A stretch of DNA of 64,000 bases, taken from Somniosus microcephalus. Taxonomy: Eukaryota. Both the position numbers and the translations under genes were made by a program. Positions 62,601 through 64,000 of the stretch are shown here, one piece after another. The notes under the pieces were generated by a model. The model was not told the origin of the DNA. It saw only the letters and a list, made by a program, of their open reading frames with translations, and searched no databases. The number at the start of each line of letters is the position of its first letter. Within the stretch, counting starts at the first letter, position 1. Where the stretch lies: contig CM126209.1 in the NCBI GenBank assembly GCA_052327205.1, positions 121,396,001 to 121,460,000 of the forward strand, in the 5' to 3' direction.

Positions 62601-63986
62601 AAGCTGGTGGCGGCTAAGTTCATCTGGCACGGGCTCAGGAAAGACGTTCGCGACTGGGCCAGCACCTGCATGGTATGCCAACGCTCGAAAGTACATCGCC
62701 ATACTAAGGCCCCGTTGGCGCCTTTCGCGGTGCCCGAGATGCGGTTCGACCGCGTTAATGTGGGCCTGGTGGGGCCCCTGCCGCCCTCCCGCGGGTTCAC
62801 CCACCTCCTCACAATGGTCAACAGAACCACCCGATGGTCGGAAGCCGTCCCGCTGTCTTCAACGACGGCCGCTGATGTGGCTCGGGCATTCATCAGAACT
62901 TGGGTCGATAGTTCGGCACCCCATCTGACATTTCCTCCGACCGGGGGCCCCAGTTCACGTCAGAGCTCTGGAACGCTGTCGCCCGAGGCCTCGGGTTGAG
63001 ACTCCACCGCACCACAGCATACCACCCTCAGGCTAACGGACTGTGCGAACGGTTTCATCGCTCCATGAAGGCAGCGCTCTGGGCCAGCCTCCGGGATGGC
63101 AGCTGGATCGACAGACTCCCATGGGTCATGCTGGGACTCAGGACTGCTCCCAAGGAGGACCTCCAGTCCTCGTCCGCCGAGCTCGTCTACGGACAGCCGC
63201 TACGGGTTCCCGGGGATTTCGTGCCCAACGCAACGGAACCTTGGTCCGCAGCCCGTCAGCGGTCCGACCTTCTGGACAACGCCAAGGTTTTCGCGCCGGT
63301 GCCCACGTCGCAGCACGGCCTCCCGCAGTCCCACGTTCCGCAGAGTACGTTTTCGTCCGCCACGACGCCCACCGGGGACCTCTTCAGCCACCCTACGAGA
63401 GACCATTCCGCGTCCTGGAAACCGGGGACAAGACCTTCCTAGTGGATGTCGGCGTTAAGCCGGACTGCATTTCCGTGGACCGTCTTAAGCCGTCCCACCT
63501 GGATCTGGACCGACCCGTTGAGTTGGCACAGCCCCCGAGGCGGGGCTGACCTCTGGTTTCCGCACCCGGTCCCTCCGACGAACCCCCCGGTCCCCGCCCC
63601 GGAACTGAGGAGCCGTTCTGACCGTGTGATCCGGCCCCCCTAACGACTGACATTGCCAGTGTTAGTGAATTCTGGGGGGACGTATGTGGTGGAGACCACA
63701 CAGGGACAATAATACAATGTATAGCCAATGCTGTTATATGTACTTAAACACAATTCACTATGTATAGCAATGTTGTGATATGTACATGCTGGGTTGGGTT
63801 ATCGGTGCAGGGTCCCTTTAAGAGCGTCAGTAGCATGATGATGTCATGACGTCGGTTGTGTGATGATGTCATAGCCCCTGCATGGGGCTGAGCCCTTCAG
63901 ACCTCGTGGAGAGTGATTAAAAAAAGACACGTTTTGCCTTTGCTTAAACAAAAGCCTCTGCCTGTTGTTATCTATCGATCGCAACA
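59614..63986 (+). mobile_element. Full-length Ty3/Gypsy element, CsRN1/Kabuki-type, decayed
   Basis: LTRs 59614-59879 / 63685-63986, 4-bp TSD CTAA, tRNA-Trp PBS TGGTGACCCCG 59881, CHCC Gag motif CFYH-x9-C-x3-C. Confidence 0.93.
59928..63549 (+). pseudogene. gag-pol of the CsRN1-type element with stops and frameshifts
   Basis: Stops at 60168 and 61776, frameshifts near 62910 and 63340, protease DMG instead of DTG, RT YLDD retained. Confidence 0.9.
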
Positions 63987-64000
63987 CTAAACTAATTTTA

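Noticed and set aside
60461-63728. Many overlapping alternative-frame and antisense ORFs
   Set aside because: Shadow ORFs of a GC-rich gag-pol

Overview
Repeat-dense vertebrate genomic DNA, almost certainly from a cartilaginous fish (HE1-type V-SINE, Deu-domain SINEs, shark-type CR1/Penelope elements). The only host gene found is an STK32 (YANK) kinase, most like STK32A, on the minus strand. Four coding exons were located (46820-46923, 46001-46117, 42826-42951, 36740-36868); the rest appears to be intronic. The main feature is a nested structure. A 16.6-kb hAT-type element (16515-33099; 15-bp TIRs, perfect 8-bp TSD GTCACAAG) contains a GA-rich array. That array contains a 10.5-kb endogenous foamy-like (spuma-related) provirus (18372-28846) with 1469-bp LTRs, a tRNA-Lys1,2-type PBS and foamy-type CA, PR, RNase H and IN. 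The provirus lacks the RT polymerase domain (in-frame deletion) and has no recognisable env. It carries three later insertions: a CR1, a Harbinger MITE and a self-priming Sushi/chromovirus mini-element. Also present are a Harbinger transposon holding a 1.47-kb solo LTR, three Ty3/Gypsy elements (two Mag-type, one CsRN1-type), Penelope pieces with hammerhead motifs and a 525-bp inverted repeat, a 31-bp minisatellite, and many MITE, LINE and SINE fragments. All alignments and counts were made by eye.
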